Both the position numbers and the translations under genes were made by a program. From positions 1 through 64,000 of IMG/VR virus record IMGVR_UViG_3300014501_000003: a stretch of 64,000 nt of DNA, one strand, 5' to 3'. Positions within the stretch are counted from its first letter, which is position 1; each line of letters opens with the position of its first letter. Positions 26,039 to 35,183 of this stretch are shown one piece after another. This DNA comes from a virus. Below the pieces are notes generated by a model, which made no database searches, was not told where the DNA came from, and was given only the letters and a program-made list of their open reading frames with translations.

Positions 26039-26111
26039 CGCCAGAGAAGACGAAAAGCGCCCGACGGACAGAACGGGAACCGCCGGGCGCAGGCCACCAC
26101 GAGATAGGGTC

Positions 26112-26336
26112 GTGATGACGGACACCAAGGTATCAGCAGCCGGAACGTACATCGAGCGGTTGCGCACGCTCGATGACGATGAGCTGAGCGAGGAGGCAGG
26201 CTACCTCGCCGCTGCCGTGCAAGACCCGCCGCAGCACACCGACGCCGCGCTGAGTCCCGAGCGGCGCGCGATGCTTGTGGAGGTCGAGCGCGCGTGGCGT
26301 GAGCGCGGTGCCCATCACAGGGCCTGGGGACACTAA
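26112..26336 (+). CDS. Hypothetical acidic protein, 74 aa
   Basis: Track ORF. GTG 26112 and ATG 26115 are both possible starts. Confidence 0.6.
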   Translation: MMTDTKVSAAGTYIERLRTLDDDELSEEAGYLAAAVQDPPQHTDAALSPERRAMLVEVERAWRERGAHHRAWGH

Positions 26337-26535
26337 TGGCCCGCTGTGCAGGGACTTCCCGAGTTGCGCACATATCCACAGGCCCTACTACTACTGAGCC
26401 TTCACAGAGAATGGGTGGAGCGGTGCCGGTAGGGAGCGCAGAGAGAGCGGGGGAGCCCTCCGCACAGGTTCATCACGGCCGGAGTTTGCGGGATCAGCAC
26501 TGGCGCGCGGCGCTGCGCGGCGCTAGCCTCGCCCG

Positions 26536-26850
26536 ATGGGAGGGCAGTCCTACGCAAGCCTCGGCCCCGAGCAGAAAGCCCGCGCCATCGCCCGCGGCAA
26601 GCTCAACCTCGCGGTCTACCACGGGCGGGTCAAGCGCCAGCCGTGCGAAGCGAGTACGGAGAGCGGCGAAGTGTGCGGAGCCCAGCCCGCCGAAGCCCAC
26701 CATGAGGACTACTCAAAGCCGCTGGAGGTCGAGTGGCTATGCCCGACACACCACAGAGAGCGTGAGCGCGTCAAGCGTGCCACGATCCAACGAGAGGAGT
26801 TAGGGAGATGCGCAAGCACATCAGCTATGCCAGCGTCACAGCGACCGTAG
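26536..26850 (+). CDS. Small HNH-motif protein, 104 aa
   Basis: AEAHHEDYSKPLEVEWLCPTHHRE is a short HNH signature. Confidence 0.75.
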   Translation: MGGQSYASLGPEQKARAIARGKLNLAVYHGRVKRQPCEASTESGEVCGAQPAEAHHEDYSKPLEVEWLCPTHHRERERVKRATIQREELGRCASTSAMPASQRP

Positions 26851-27296
26851 CGCTGGTGTTCGCAATGACCGGCACAGGCATCGCCGCGAGCCGCTATTTC
26901 ATCACGTCCACGTCGCAGATCAAGCCGAGCGTGGTCAGGCAGCTTGAGGCGAGCCACATCGTCGCCGCAACCAAGACAGTCGTCGGCACGCCGGGGTCGC
27001 AGGGACCGGCGGGGGCCAACGGCGCACAGGGGCCGCCGGGAAGCAACGCAACCCTCGGCGAACCCATCGAAGTCAAGGTCGAAGACACGGGGGAAATAGG
27101 CGCGTATGCCGAAGCGCTCTGTCCCGTGGGAGACGTTTTCCTGTTCGGCAAGGGCCACGTGAAGGGCACGCCCGCCTTGGAACAGGAAGCGAAGGTGGAC
27201 ACGAAAGGCCGCGTGGGCTGGTTCGTGAGTGCGGTCGGCACCACCGGGACGTTCACGGTGTCGGCGACCGCTTACTGCGTGAAGGGGGCATCGTGA
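26808..27296 (+). CDS. Membrane/secreted protein with a short collagen-like stretch, 162 aa
   Basis: GAGAGGAG precedes the ATG. TM segment TATVALVFAMTG, then GTPGSQGPAGANGAQGPPG. Confidence 0.75.
   Translation: MRKHISYASVTATVALVFAMTGTGIAASRYFITSTSQIKPSVVRQLEASHIVAATKTVVGTPGSQGPAGANGAQGPPGSNATLGEPIEVKVEDTGEIGAYAEALCPVGDVFLFGKGHVKGTPALEQEAKVDTKGRVGWFVSAVGTTGTFTVSATAYCVKGAS
26985..27047 (+). repeat. Seven GXY collagen-like triplets
   Basis: Encodes GTPGSQGPAGANGAQGPPGSN. Confidence 0.8.
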
Positions 27297-27520
27297 CGAG
27301 TCGGGACCAAAGCGACACGAAGGGCGACCACCAGATCGCGCTCTGCGACGGAAGCGACACGCGGAAACGCGGGCTGCTGCGCGCTGATCGCGGACCGATC
27401 AAGCTCGTGCCAGCAGCAGCCCGCGAGGTCTGGACAAAGCGTCCCTCGCTGACGCCCAAGCAAGCTCAGGCCGTCATCGCCGAAGCCAAGGCGCGAATCG
27501 CGGCGAGGCGCAAGCGATGA
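27293..27520 (+). CDS. Hypothetical basic protein, 75 aa
   Basis: Track ORF with GTGA coupling. Confidence 0.55.
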   Translation: MTSRDQSDTKGDHQIALCDGSDTRKRGLLRADRGPIKLVPAAAREVWTKRPSLTPKQAQAVIAEAKARIAARRKR

Positions 27521-27573
27521 CGCAACCGCAGGAAAGCGACAGAACTTGGAACACCAACAAGGGAGAGGGAACA

Positions 27574-28203
27574 ATGACGAAGGTATGGACACCACTACTG
27601 ATCCTCGCGGCCATGCTGCTGAGCGCAGCACCGGCGGCGGCGGAAACGGCGCAAGAAGTCAGCGAACATAGCTGCACCTATGTCACGTATGTAGGCGTCC
27701 GCTACTACACCTGCCCTGAAGGCGAAATCTCGCTGGCGCAGGCAGAGCTGGACCTCGCACGGCTGACGCAATACGCGCCAGGGCTGACCAGCACGCTCGA
27801 AGCGGGGCTCGGCGCGAAGACGACGGCTTGGTGGTTCAACTATCACACCGGGCTCTTTATGATCCGTATGCCCGAATACGCGAGCGAAGCCACGGGAAAC
27901 AAGCTCGATGAAGAAATCAACTCACGATTCGCGGGATGGATTCCAGAAGGGCTGATGCAGTGGTCCTCGAACAACTGGGATGACGCGCGAATCGCGGCGA
28001 ACAAAGCCACGCTGGAAACGGGCTACAACCAGAAGCTCACAAAATACGTGGCTGAAGGGCTCGTCAAAATCGAAGTGGACCTGAAAGACAACGGGCTCAG
28101 GTGGGTTCCTGAATTTGCCAAGCTCACCACCGCGCAGGAGAGCTACATCTACACGGCGTGTGCGGTCACGGGCTATCTCACAAATGGCTTCTGTCGCATC
28201 TAG
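27574..28203 (+). CDS. Secreted Cys-containing protein, 209 aa
   Basis: GGGAGAGGG precedes ATG 27574. Signal peptide ends AAPAAA-E. Locally lower GC. Confidence 0.75.
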   Translation: MTKVWTPLLILAAMLLSAAPAAAETAQEVSEHSCTYVTYVGVRYYTCPEGEISLAQAELDLARLTQYAPGLTSTLEAGLGAKTTAWWFNYHTGLFMIRMPEYASEATGNKLDEEINSRFAGWIPEGLMQWSSNNWDDARIAANKATLETGYNQKLTKYVAEGLVKIEVDLKDNGLRWVPEFAKLTTAQESYIYTACAVTGYLTNGFCRI

Positions 28204-28210
28204 GGACGCT

Positions 28211-28249
28211 GAGCAGCCGCCGGGGCCTGTAGGTGTCCCGGCGGCGCTC
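28211..28249 (+). terminator. GC hairpin after the secreted-protein gene
   Basis: GCCGCCGGG / CCCGGCGGC 9-bp stem with a 12-nt loop, 8 nt after the stop. No U-tract. Confidence 0.4.
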
Positions 28250-28425
28250 AGGAAAGCTGCGGCGAAACGCGCGTACCGGCAGGCCCACCGGGCGGCTTAC
28301 AACACCAACAAACGCCGGGTCTACCGCATAGACCATCCGAACTGGGCGACAAGGACATTCCCCGGATGACTGACCTCAGCCCCAGACGAGCAGCGGTGGC
28401 AATCCACGACCCGAAGGACTGACCA

Positions 28426-29799
28426 ATGACCAAGCTCGCCACCCTCACCGCCGCCGTTTTCCTCACGCTCTCAGCCTCAGCTCTGGCGAGTCCGGTCAAG
28501 AGCTATGTCCTACACCACCCGAAGCACGAGAACTGCCGGGTCCACTATGTGCGGAAGGTCGAGAAGGTCCGACTCGGCAAGCATCACCGCGGGCGCCGGG
28601 TGCGCGAGACGGTCTGCGTGTATGTCGCGCCGAAGCCCGCCGTCGTGAAAGCGCCGGCCGCTCCCGCGATCATCGCCCCGAGCATCACCGCCCCGCCGAG
28701 CGCTGCCGCCCCGAAGCCGTCGTTCACGCTCCACGCCAAGCTCGACCCGAGCTTCACGCAGAACGCCGGGAACCCGCTGGCCGTGACCTACGACTACTCG
28801 GCCTCCGCCAACAAGCTCACCGATGGCGTGAGCCAAGGCGAACCGAGCCTCCCGTCCGGCGTGCTCGAGCTGTACTCCGAAGGGCTCCTCGCCTGCTCGA
28901 TGGACGTGGGCGGAGCCACGGGGGAAGGCCAGTGCCCGGTCACCTACGGGTCCTACGGGACGCACACGGTCATCGTGGAGTACCTCTCCGGCGAAGCCTC
29001 CGGGACCACGGGCGATGAAGCCGAGCGCATCGAGCCGCCGGACGTGACGGTGCAGAAGGTCTGGACCGCGGGCGCGGCGAGCATGACGATCACGAAGGAC
29101 ACCGCGAGCGTAAAGCTGAGCGCGCCGAGCTTCGACGGGGCGACGAGCGTGGGCCTGACAGACAACCTCGGCGACACCTGCGTGGCCGCCGTCTCGGGCA
29201 CACAGGCCACCTGCTCGATGACCGTCTCGGGCGAACCCTCGGGACTCACCGTCAGCTACCCGGGCGGGACCACAACCCGCCACACCGAAGCGTTCGCTCC
29301 CGGTGGGGAACGCGAAGTGACCGAAGAATGGGCACCACAGACCGTCCCCGTCACACCCTCCGTCACCGCCTATCGGGCGACTGTGGCGTGGTCGAGCTGG
29401 ACAATCGGCAATAGCGGATCGAGCAAGGACCACGGCACCGGGAACCCACCCGACCCGATCCATGTCGAAGCGGGCGAACTACTGACCCTCGACTCGCAGG
29501 CCATCGGCGACTACCCCGGCGATGACGAAAACAGCCCCCTCGGCTACCTCGCCTACACCGTCGAAGGCCCCGGCGCAGTCACCACCCGCAACGAGCTCTA
29601 CAACCCCGGCTCGGAAGAAACCTTCATCACGGGCAGCGAAGATTGCTCGGCCGCGCGCAACTACCTCGGCTCGGCTACGGCGTTCTGCGGGCTGACGTTC
29701 TCAGTGCCGGGCACGTACATCGTCCGCTTGTCCTTCACGAGCGAAGACGAAAACTACTTTGACCGGAGCGGGCCGAGTGCGACGGTGGACGTGGGCTAG
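28426..29799 (+). CDS. Secreted Ig-like/beta-sandwich repeat protein, 457 aa
   Basis: Track ORF. Signal peptide ends SASALA-S, followed by a Pro/Ala linker and then T/S/G-rich beta-type segments. Confidence 0.8.
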   Translation: MTKLATLTAAVFLTLSASALASPVKSYVLHHPKHENCRVHYVRKVEKVRLGKHHRGRRVRETVCVYVAPKPAVVKAPAAPAIIAPSITAPPSAAAPKPSFTLHAKLDPSFTQNAGNPLAVTYDYSASANKLTDGVSQGEPSLPSGVLELYSEGLLACSMDVGGATGEGQCPVTYGSYGTHTVIVEYLSGEASGTTGDEAERIEPPDVTVQKVWTAGAASMTITKDTASVKLSAPSFDGATSVGLTDNLGDTCVAAVSGTQATCSMTVSGEPSGLTVSYPGGTTTRHTEAFAPGGEREVTEEWAPQTVPVTPSVTAYRATVAWSSWTIGNSGSSKDHGTGNPPDPIHVEAGELLTLDSQAIGDYPGDDENSPLGYLAYTVEGPGAVTTRNELYNPGSEETFITGSEDCSAARNYLGSATAFCGLTFSVPGTYIVRLSFTSEDENYFDRSGPSATVDVG

Positions 29800-30620
29800 A
29801 GTTCGAGGTAGTTCGAGTAAAGAAATTCCACCGAGCCGACGGACGCTTCAAGCTTCCACTTCTTTCCAGCGGGGCACGGGAATTCCCACCCACCCCACCC
29901 GCTCGCAACGACGTTCTTTGTATTGAGCAGAACACCGCCGACGTATAGGTTGAGGACCGTCGTTTCGGCGTGAACCTGGGCGCTGAGCATCACAAAGGTC
30001 GGGCGACTCGCGCTCGGTTCGTATTCCGTGGGCGAGCTGCGTACCACCCGTGCTCCGTAGGCATGGCCGATCCCGCTTGCCATCGTGCCAGCGCCTGGGC
30101 CAGCGACCGTCGCCACGTTTTCAATGTCCCCCGAGACGACCGACACCGCTTTCGCCGGCACCAGCACATAAGCCAGCACCATGCTCGACGCGGGCACCGC
30201 ACCCGCACCTTTTTTGTTCGCAAGCGTCGCCCCGGATTCCGCTGTGCCGGTGATGACTGCGACGGAGAAGGTCTGCGTGCTTCCGGCGTACGCCTTGTCC
30301 GTAACCTGCGCGATGATCGTGTCGATTCGCGGGTTTGATTCCGAGGAGGCCGCGATTGCCAGGGCCGTCGAGGATTCCACCCGGCAGTAGTAGCCCGACT
30401 GCGTGGCCGAGCTCGTGCCTGGGACCCATGCCTCCCCAGTGCCGACGAGGACCTGCATCCCGGAGCCTGCCGTGACCTGCATGTCGGTCGAGCCAACGAG
30501 GCCCCCGGCGATCGAGGCGATGGATGCGCCGCGCTGGAGCAGGGTGCCGAACGCGCGGCGTAGGACCACGGCGCCGTAGGTGGATTCTTGCTCGAAGCCG
30601 GGAGGGGATTCGACGGCCAT
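29796..30620 (-). CDS. Minor tail / fibre-associated protein, 274 aa
   Basis: Track ORF. G/S/T/A-rich beta composition, last gene of the tail module. Confidence 0.75.
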   Translation of the reverse strand: MAVESPPGFEQESTYGAVVLRRAFGTLLQRGASIASIAGGLVGSTDMQVTAGSGMQVLVGTGEAWVPGTSSATQSGYYCRVESSTALAIAASSESNPRIDTIIAQVTDKAYAGSTQTFSVAVITGTAESGATLANKKGAGAVPASSMVLAYVLVPAKAVSVVSGDIENVATVAGPGAGTMASGIGHAYGARVVRSSPTEYEPSASRPTFVMLSAQVHAETTVLNLYVGGVLLNTKNVVASGWGGWEFPCPAGKKWKLEASVGSVEFLYSNYLEL

Positions 30621-30946
30621 CAGGCGGCCCTCGCCTTCAGCTCGTCGATCTCGGCCCGCATCTCCGCGAGCGTCGCCGCGAGCTTCATCTCATCTGAGGC
30701 CTCTGCGGGCGGGGGTGTCTCGTGATGGAGTCGGAGTGAGTAGCCGAGGGTCTGAGCGCATGCGGCTACGGCGTCGAGCTGGTCCTCATCGGCGAGGACT
30801 GTGACGAACGCGATGGGCGGTCCCTCGACGGGCGGGAAGCCGTGGTCATCGACGGTGCGCTGCACCTCGAAGCCCTGGGAGGCGAGCGCGGTGCGGACCT
30901 GGGGCTCTGAGGATCGCGGGCCTGAGACAACGATGGTGGTGCTCAT
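30620..30946 (-). CDS. Hypothetical protein, 108 aa
   Basis: Track ORF. Confidence 0.65.
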   Translation of the reverse strand: MSTTIVVSGPRSSEPQVRTALASQGFEVQRTVDDHGFPPVEGPPIAFVTVLADEDQLDAVAACAQTLGYSLRLHHETPPPAEASDEMKLAATLAEMRAEIDELKARAA

Positions 30947-31233
30947 TGCTCTGCCCTCACGATCGTGCCGTCGTCTTCGATGTAGTCAGCCGGGGTCATG
31001 CGGTACTTCGGGTTGATGACTGTTTCGCGCCAGAAGTCCCGCGCCCCCTGTGCCTTGCTCAGCTCATCGTGGACATCGGCCAGCGCCTGTTCAAGTTCGG
31101 CGTTCCTCTGCAAGAGCGCCTGTGCTCGGGCGTCCAGCTCGCGTCGGGTCCGTAGGTCGCCGTCGGAGATCTTCCGCGCCAAGGGCTTCACGCCCGGCGG
31201 TGTCTTGCGCGGTGTGCGCTTGCGGGTGGTCAT
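30943..31233 (-). CDS. Hypothetical coiled-coil protein, 96 aa
   Basis: Track ORF. Confidence 0.65.
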   Translation of the reverse strand: MTTRKRTPRKTPPGVKPLARKISDGDLRTRRELDARAQALLQRNAELEQALADVHDELSKAQGARDFWRETVINPKYRMTPADYIEDDGTIVRAEQ

Positions 31234-31436
31234 TCGGGAGCCGCGATTTCGATGGTTTCGCGTCGATGTGTACGGTAGGCGTAGTTCAGAAGCGCGTGGA
31301 TCAAGAGGTTCATCTGCGGGGCCGTGACTTCACCCACGGGAAGTTCCGCACCCGTTAGAGCGCAGATCGCGGGGACGTAGGCTTCCACGGCTACGGGTTT
31401 GATTTTGACGACGGGTGAGAGTTCTCCCTGTGCCAT
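31230..31436 (-). CDS. Hypothetical protein, 68 aa
   Basis: Track ORF. Confidence 0.6.
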   Translation of the reverse strand: MAQGELSPVVKIKPVAVEAYVPAICALTGAELPVGEVTAPQMNLLIHALLNYAYRTHRRETIEIAAPE

Positions 31437-31693
31437 CAGTCCAGCAGCTCCGAGAAGTCGCGCGCTGCCATGGTCAGCTCGAAACCGGTCACGCTGAAGG
31501 TAATGCTCCGACCACTTCCGTCCTCGGCCTCAAAGTGCTGCCCATCGAAGGTGCCGATCGCCAACTCGTCAAGCCAAGCGGCGGCTCGGTCACGCAGCGC
31601 CTCACGGGAGCCGATGACGCTGACACCAAGGTTCTCCGTCAGGCGCAGTTCGTTCCCCTCCGTATCCTTTATGCGAATCAGTGTGCGACGCAT
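31436..31693 (-). CDS. Hypothetical protein, 85 aa
   Basis: Track ORF. Confidence 0.65.
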   Translation of the reverse strand: MRRTLIRIKDTEGNELRLTENLGVSVIGSREALRDRAAAWLDELAIGTFDGQHFEAEDGSGRSITFSVTGFELTMAARDFSELLD

Positions 31694-31702
31694 TCTGACC
31701 TC

Positions 31703-33529
31703 CTATGCGGGCTCGAAGATGATGTAGCCGACTTCTGAGGTGTCCGTCACGACTCCGGTTTCGATCACGAATTCTTTTGCCGCCGTGATGGTAGTCGTGT
31801 AGCCCGAGATGACGGTGACGGTGCCGAGTTTGATGCAAAAGACAATGATCTTCGAGCTGGCCGTAACCGAAGTATTGGCGACGGCCACTTTGCCCGCCGT
31901 TAGTTTCGCCGTCCCCATCTTGGCGTTCGAGCCTTCCTTGACGCGAAAGCCTGAGCCGGCTTTGTTCGCGGCGATGTTGCCCGCCACATCCATCGTATAG
32001 GTCGCCGCTTCGTTGGCCCCGATCTTGACGTTGCCGACGTGGCGCATTTCAACGCTCGTGCCTACGCTGCGCAGGCTGAGGTTCGTCGTAGCCTTTTTGA
32101 GGTCTTCGACATCGACCGCTACGGACGTCGTCAGGGTTCCCGATGCCCCTATCGCGTCTTCCATCAAGAGGCCGCGATAAGTGCTGATCGTCCAACCCGC
32201 CCCGGTGGTGAACGTGAGGCCAGAGCGCACGGTGCTCACTTGCCCGCTGCCTGTGCCTGACCCGCCGAGGAGCACGGGTTTAGAGCCGACTGCTATCGGG
32301 TGCCAGCCGGTCGACGTCGTTTCTTCAGCGGGTTCCAATTCCGGTCGTGAGTTCAGAGCTATCGCAGGGGTCATCGCAAAGCTTCCAAGTGCGACCAATC
32401 TCACGGCGCTCACGAAAAGCTGCGTGCTGCCTTCCGCGGATGGTGCCCCTTCGTACTTCACTTCGCCTGTGATGAACTTCATTCGGAGGAGCGCGCCCGC
32501 GACCATCGTCATGTTCAACGGTGCCCTGAGAACGTTGGTGGTGCTCAGGCCCGTGCGTTCTTCGGTGTAGAGTTCAATCGCCGGTCCAGAGGTAGGATTG
32601 AATTCCTTACGTCCCGAGATCGACTGTGCGCCCGCGAGCTTGACGACCGTCGTGAGCGCCAACTTTGAGTCTTCGATTCCAGCCGCCGCTTTTACCATCG
32701 CGTTCGTGAGCGAGGCCGCTTTGACCTTGAACGCGGCGCCCGAGAGTTCGAGCCCTTCCCCGGCGGTGTAGCTTTTGATTTCCCCGAGTTTGGTCTGGAC
32801 TTCAGCGGACAGCTTGAGTTTGGTGACGGCTTCGTTTTCGATCTTGATCGTCGTCACGGCGGCGGCGGCCAGCAGCGCCGTAGTGATACCTTCGGCTTTG
32901 ACCTTGAATTCCGAGCCCGAGAGTTCGAGCCCTGTCCCTGCGGTGTAGCTGCCGCCACCACCAGCCACCCATTCCAATCCGCTACCGCTCGCCGTGTAGC
33001 CGAGGACTTTGCCCGCAGCACCTACGCCTTCGACTTTGAGGTAGGGCCGCGTCAGTTCGCCTTCTTTGAGCTTCGCCGCCGCGATCGTTGCCGATGCGAT
33101 CTTTTCCCCGGTGATCGAGACGTTCGCATACTTGCTCGTGGTGATGGTGCCTTCGGCGATGTAGGCGCCGGTGACTCCGAGTGCTTCGAGTTCGACGTTG
33201 ACCCCGGTGATCGCCAGCGGTTTGCTCGCGGTCGTCACTCCGCCTCCGCCGCCTCCGCCGCCCCCCGTGACCTGGACCCATTTGCCTTCGTGGTAGACCG
33301 CGATCCCCCAGCCCGAGAGGCCGGTGCTTTCCCCGCTCGGCCCGTGGGCGATGTTCCCGAGGATCGCGATCGGAACGCCCCGGGCCGCTTCACCGCCGCT
33401 ACCGGGGGAGCCCTTCGGGTATTCATAGATGTATTCCGTGCCGCCCGAGGCGTTCGCGGTCGAGAGGTTCCTGAGCCCCGCGAGCCAGTTCTGGGGTTTC
33501 TGAGCGACCGGCCTTGCGTAGTTCGGCAT
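31703..33529 (-). CDS. Tail fibre / minor tail protein, 608 aa
   Basis: Poly-Gly run plus a repeated module YTAG(T/E)GLELSG(S/A)(E/A)FKVKA. Confidence 0.85.
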   Translation of the reverse strand: MPNYARPVAQKPQNWLAGLRNLSTANASGGTEYIYEYPKGSPGSGGEAARGVPIAILGNIAHGPSGESTGLSGWGIAVYHEGKWVQVTGGGGGGGGGVTTASKPLAITGVNVELEALGVTGAYIAEGTITTSKYANVSITGEKIASATIAAAKLKEGELTRPYLKVEGVGAAGKVLGYTASGSGLEWVAGGGGSYTAGTGLELSGSEFKVKAEGITTALLAAAAVTTIKIENEAVTKLKLSAEVQTKLGEIKSYTAGEGLELSGAAFKVKAASLTNAMVKAAAGIEDSKLALTTVVKLAGAQSISGRKEFNPTSGPAIELYTEERTGLSTTNVLRAPLNMTMVAGALLRMKFITGEVKYEGAPSAEGSTQLFVSAVRLVALGSFAMTPAIALNSRPELEPAEETTSTGWHPIAVGSKPVLLGGSGTGSGQVSTVRSGLTFTTGAGWTISTYRGLLMEDAIGASGTLTTSVAVDVEDLKKATTNLSLRSVGTSVEMRHVGNVKIGANEAATYTMDVAGNIAANKAGSGFRVKEGSNAKMGTAKLTAGKVAVANTSVTASSKIIVFCIKLGTVTVISGYTTTITAAKEFVIETGVVTDTSEVGYIIFEPA

Positions 33530-33539
33530 CGGCCCCTCC

Positions 33540-34922
33540 CTAGATCATCGGCGCGATGGCCTGAGTGAAGGGGGGAGCCGCCATCGCCAGCTTCACCACG
33601 GCATCGCCCTGGTCGAGCACTTCGACGTTGTACCCGGTGATCCGCCACTCCTGATCCATGCCAGCCGGGAAGCGCGGGTCGTACACTTCACCCCGGTCGT
33701 TCAAGGCGGGGATCAGCACCTGCACGTCTTCGCCCTCGATGAACGAGCCGAGCGGCAGGTTCGGGTCATTGATCCCGAGCGTGATCGACGGCGTGACCGG
33801 CGCATAGCTATAGAGCGCCAGGTCCGAGAGTCCGGTCTGCTGCAGGATTTGCATGATGTTCTGCGACTGAATGTTCGCCCGCGAGAAGATCCGCTCCCAG
33901 ACCGCGTAGCCCTGTTCTTGTGCGAACGTGTTTTCCGAGACGCTGATCGCCCCGGTCCCGCCGAGCTCATACACCCGGTTGGCGGTTTCTGAGCCCTGCT
34001 CCGGGAACGAGTAGCTGCGCGCGGTCGTCACGTCGATGAGCAGGCTGTTCTGTTCGACCGTGCGCCCCCGCCGCGGGTAGCTCAAGTTGATCGTCCCGAC
34101 CGGCGGCGAGGGGGAGCCTGCCGAGTAGGCGATGTCGACGGCGTAGTCGAACCCGACGCCGAGCCCGAGCTGTGAGAGCTGGTTGACGATCGTGTCCACC
34201 ATCTGCATCGACGGGTATGGGTAGCTCACCGCCACCCAGTCCGTCGACGAGGCCACCGGCAGAGATGGGGTCGCGCCGTTCAACATCACCGTCATCCCGC
34301 CGAGCGGGTTGCCGTGGCCGATGCTCAGCCCGCCCGCGTAGCCCAGCACGTCCTCGATGATCTGGCAGGCGATCAGGCTCGCGTCGAACGGCGTGGCGGT
34401 CCAGAGCGCCATCTTTTCGGATTCGCTCGGGTTGCCCGTGTGACCCGCGATCCCGCTGTAAGGAGGCGATGAGTAGTCGGTCGCCTGGACGCGGTGCTGG
34501 AAGTAGGCCCACGTCTCAGAGCAGGTGATTTCAAGGGTGCCCGTGGTGCTCGAGCCGGAGCTTTCCGTCTTCGGTTCGCGCGGCAGCACCACGCCGCCCC
34601 ACAGGGCTGCGCCTCCGTAGTCGGCGACGATGAACGAGCGGTTCGGGATTGTGTTCTGTAGCGGGAACGTCTTCTGCACCCGTGGGTCTGAAAGGTCCAG
34701 CGTGCCTTTGAGGGTGCCCGGGCTGTTGAGCTGTTTGCCCCAGGTGACGGTCCGCAAGGGGAGCTGGCCCTGGAACGCGCCGGTGAGGAAGTCGAAGGCG
34801 TAGTAGGAGAACGGCTCGACCGGCGCCTTGATGGGCGTGGGGACGACTTCCGGTGGCGTTTCCGGTGGTTCTTCGTACCCGATCAGGAACCCGGCGTACG
34901 TTTCTGGGCCGAAGACCGGCAT
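33540..34922 (-). CDS. Minor tail protein (Tal/baseplate-hub-like), 460 aa
   Basis: Track ORF. Call rests on size and position in the tail module. Confidence 0.8.
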   Translation of the reverse strand: MPVFGPETYAGFLIGYEEPPETPPEVVPTPIKAPVEPFSYYAFDFLTGAFQGQLPLRTVTWGKQLNSPGTLKGTLDLSDPRVQKTFPLQNTIPNRSFIVADYGGAALWGGVVLPREPKTESSGSSTTGTLEITCSETWAYFQHRVQATDYSSPPYSGIAGHTGNPSESEKMALWTATPFDASLIACQIIEDVLGYAGGLSIGHGNPLGGMTVMLNGATPSLPVASSTDWVAVSYPYPSMQMVDTIVNQLSQLGLGVGFDYAVDIAYSAGSPSPPVGTINLSYPRRGRTVEQNSLLIDVTTARSYSFPEQGSETANRVYELGGTGAISVSENTFAQEQGYAVWERIFSRANIQSQNIMQILQQTGLSDLALYSYAPVTPSITLGINDPNLPLGSFIEGEDVQVLIPALNDRGEVYDPRFPAGMDQEWRITGYNVEVLDQGDAVVKLAMAAPPFTQAIAPMI

Positions 34923-34925
34923 GGT

Positions 34926-35183
34926 CTACTTGCGCCGCGGTTTGGGTTTCTGGCGCCGCGCTTTCTGGAGCTCCACCTTCCGGGCTGCGGGAGTCTTGGT
35001 CGCCTCCTTCATCTCTTCGGCGTGGCGCTCCTCCATTGCCTTCTGCAGGTCGAAGGTCGCGTAGTCCTTGGCCTCCATCACGAAGGACATCCGAATCGGC
35101 CTCTCGAACTCGCCTTCCGTGAAGACGCCGTGGGCCTGGATTTCGACTGCGGTGAGACGTGGCTTCTCGGGTTTGGATGTCAT
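34926..35183 (-). CDS. Hypothetical protein, 85 aa
   Basis: ATG 35183 lies in a TAATG junction. Confidence 0.6.
   Translation of the reverse strand: MTSKPEKPRLTAVEIQAHGVFTEGEFERPIRMSFVMEAKDYATFDLQKAMEERHAEEMKEATKTPAARKVELQKARRQKPKPRRK

Noticed and set aside
26336-26803. 155-aa plus-strand ORF
   Set aside because: Ser/Arg/Ala-rich with no SD, and it overlaps the HNH-motif gene in another frame.
28204-28425. Possible HNH-gene remnant (AKRAYRQAHRAAYNTNKRRVYRIDHPNW) in the tail of track ORF 28115..28369
   Set aside because: The composition recalls the N-terminal region of the 42442 HNH protein, but there is no start codon, no HNH motif and no measurable nucleotide match. Treated as intergenic.
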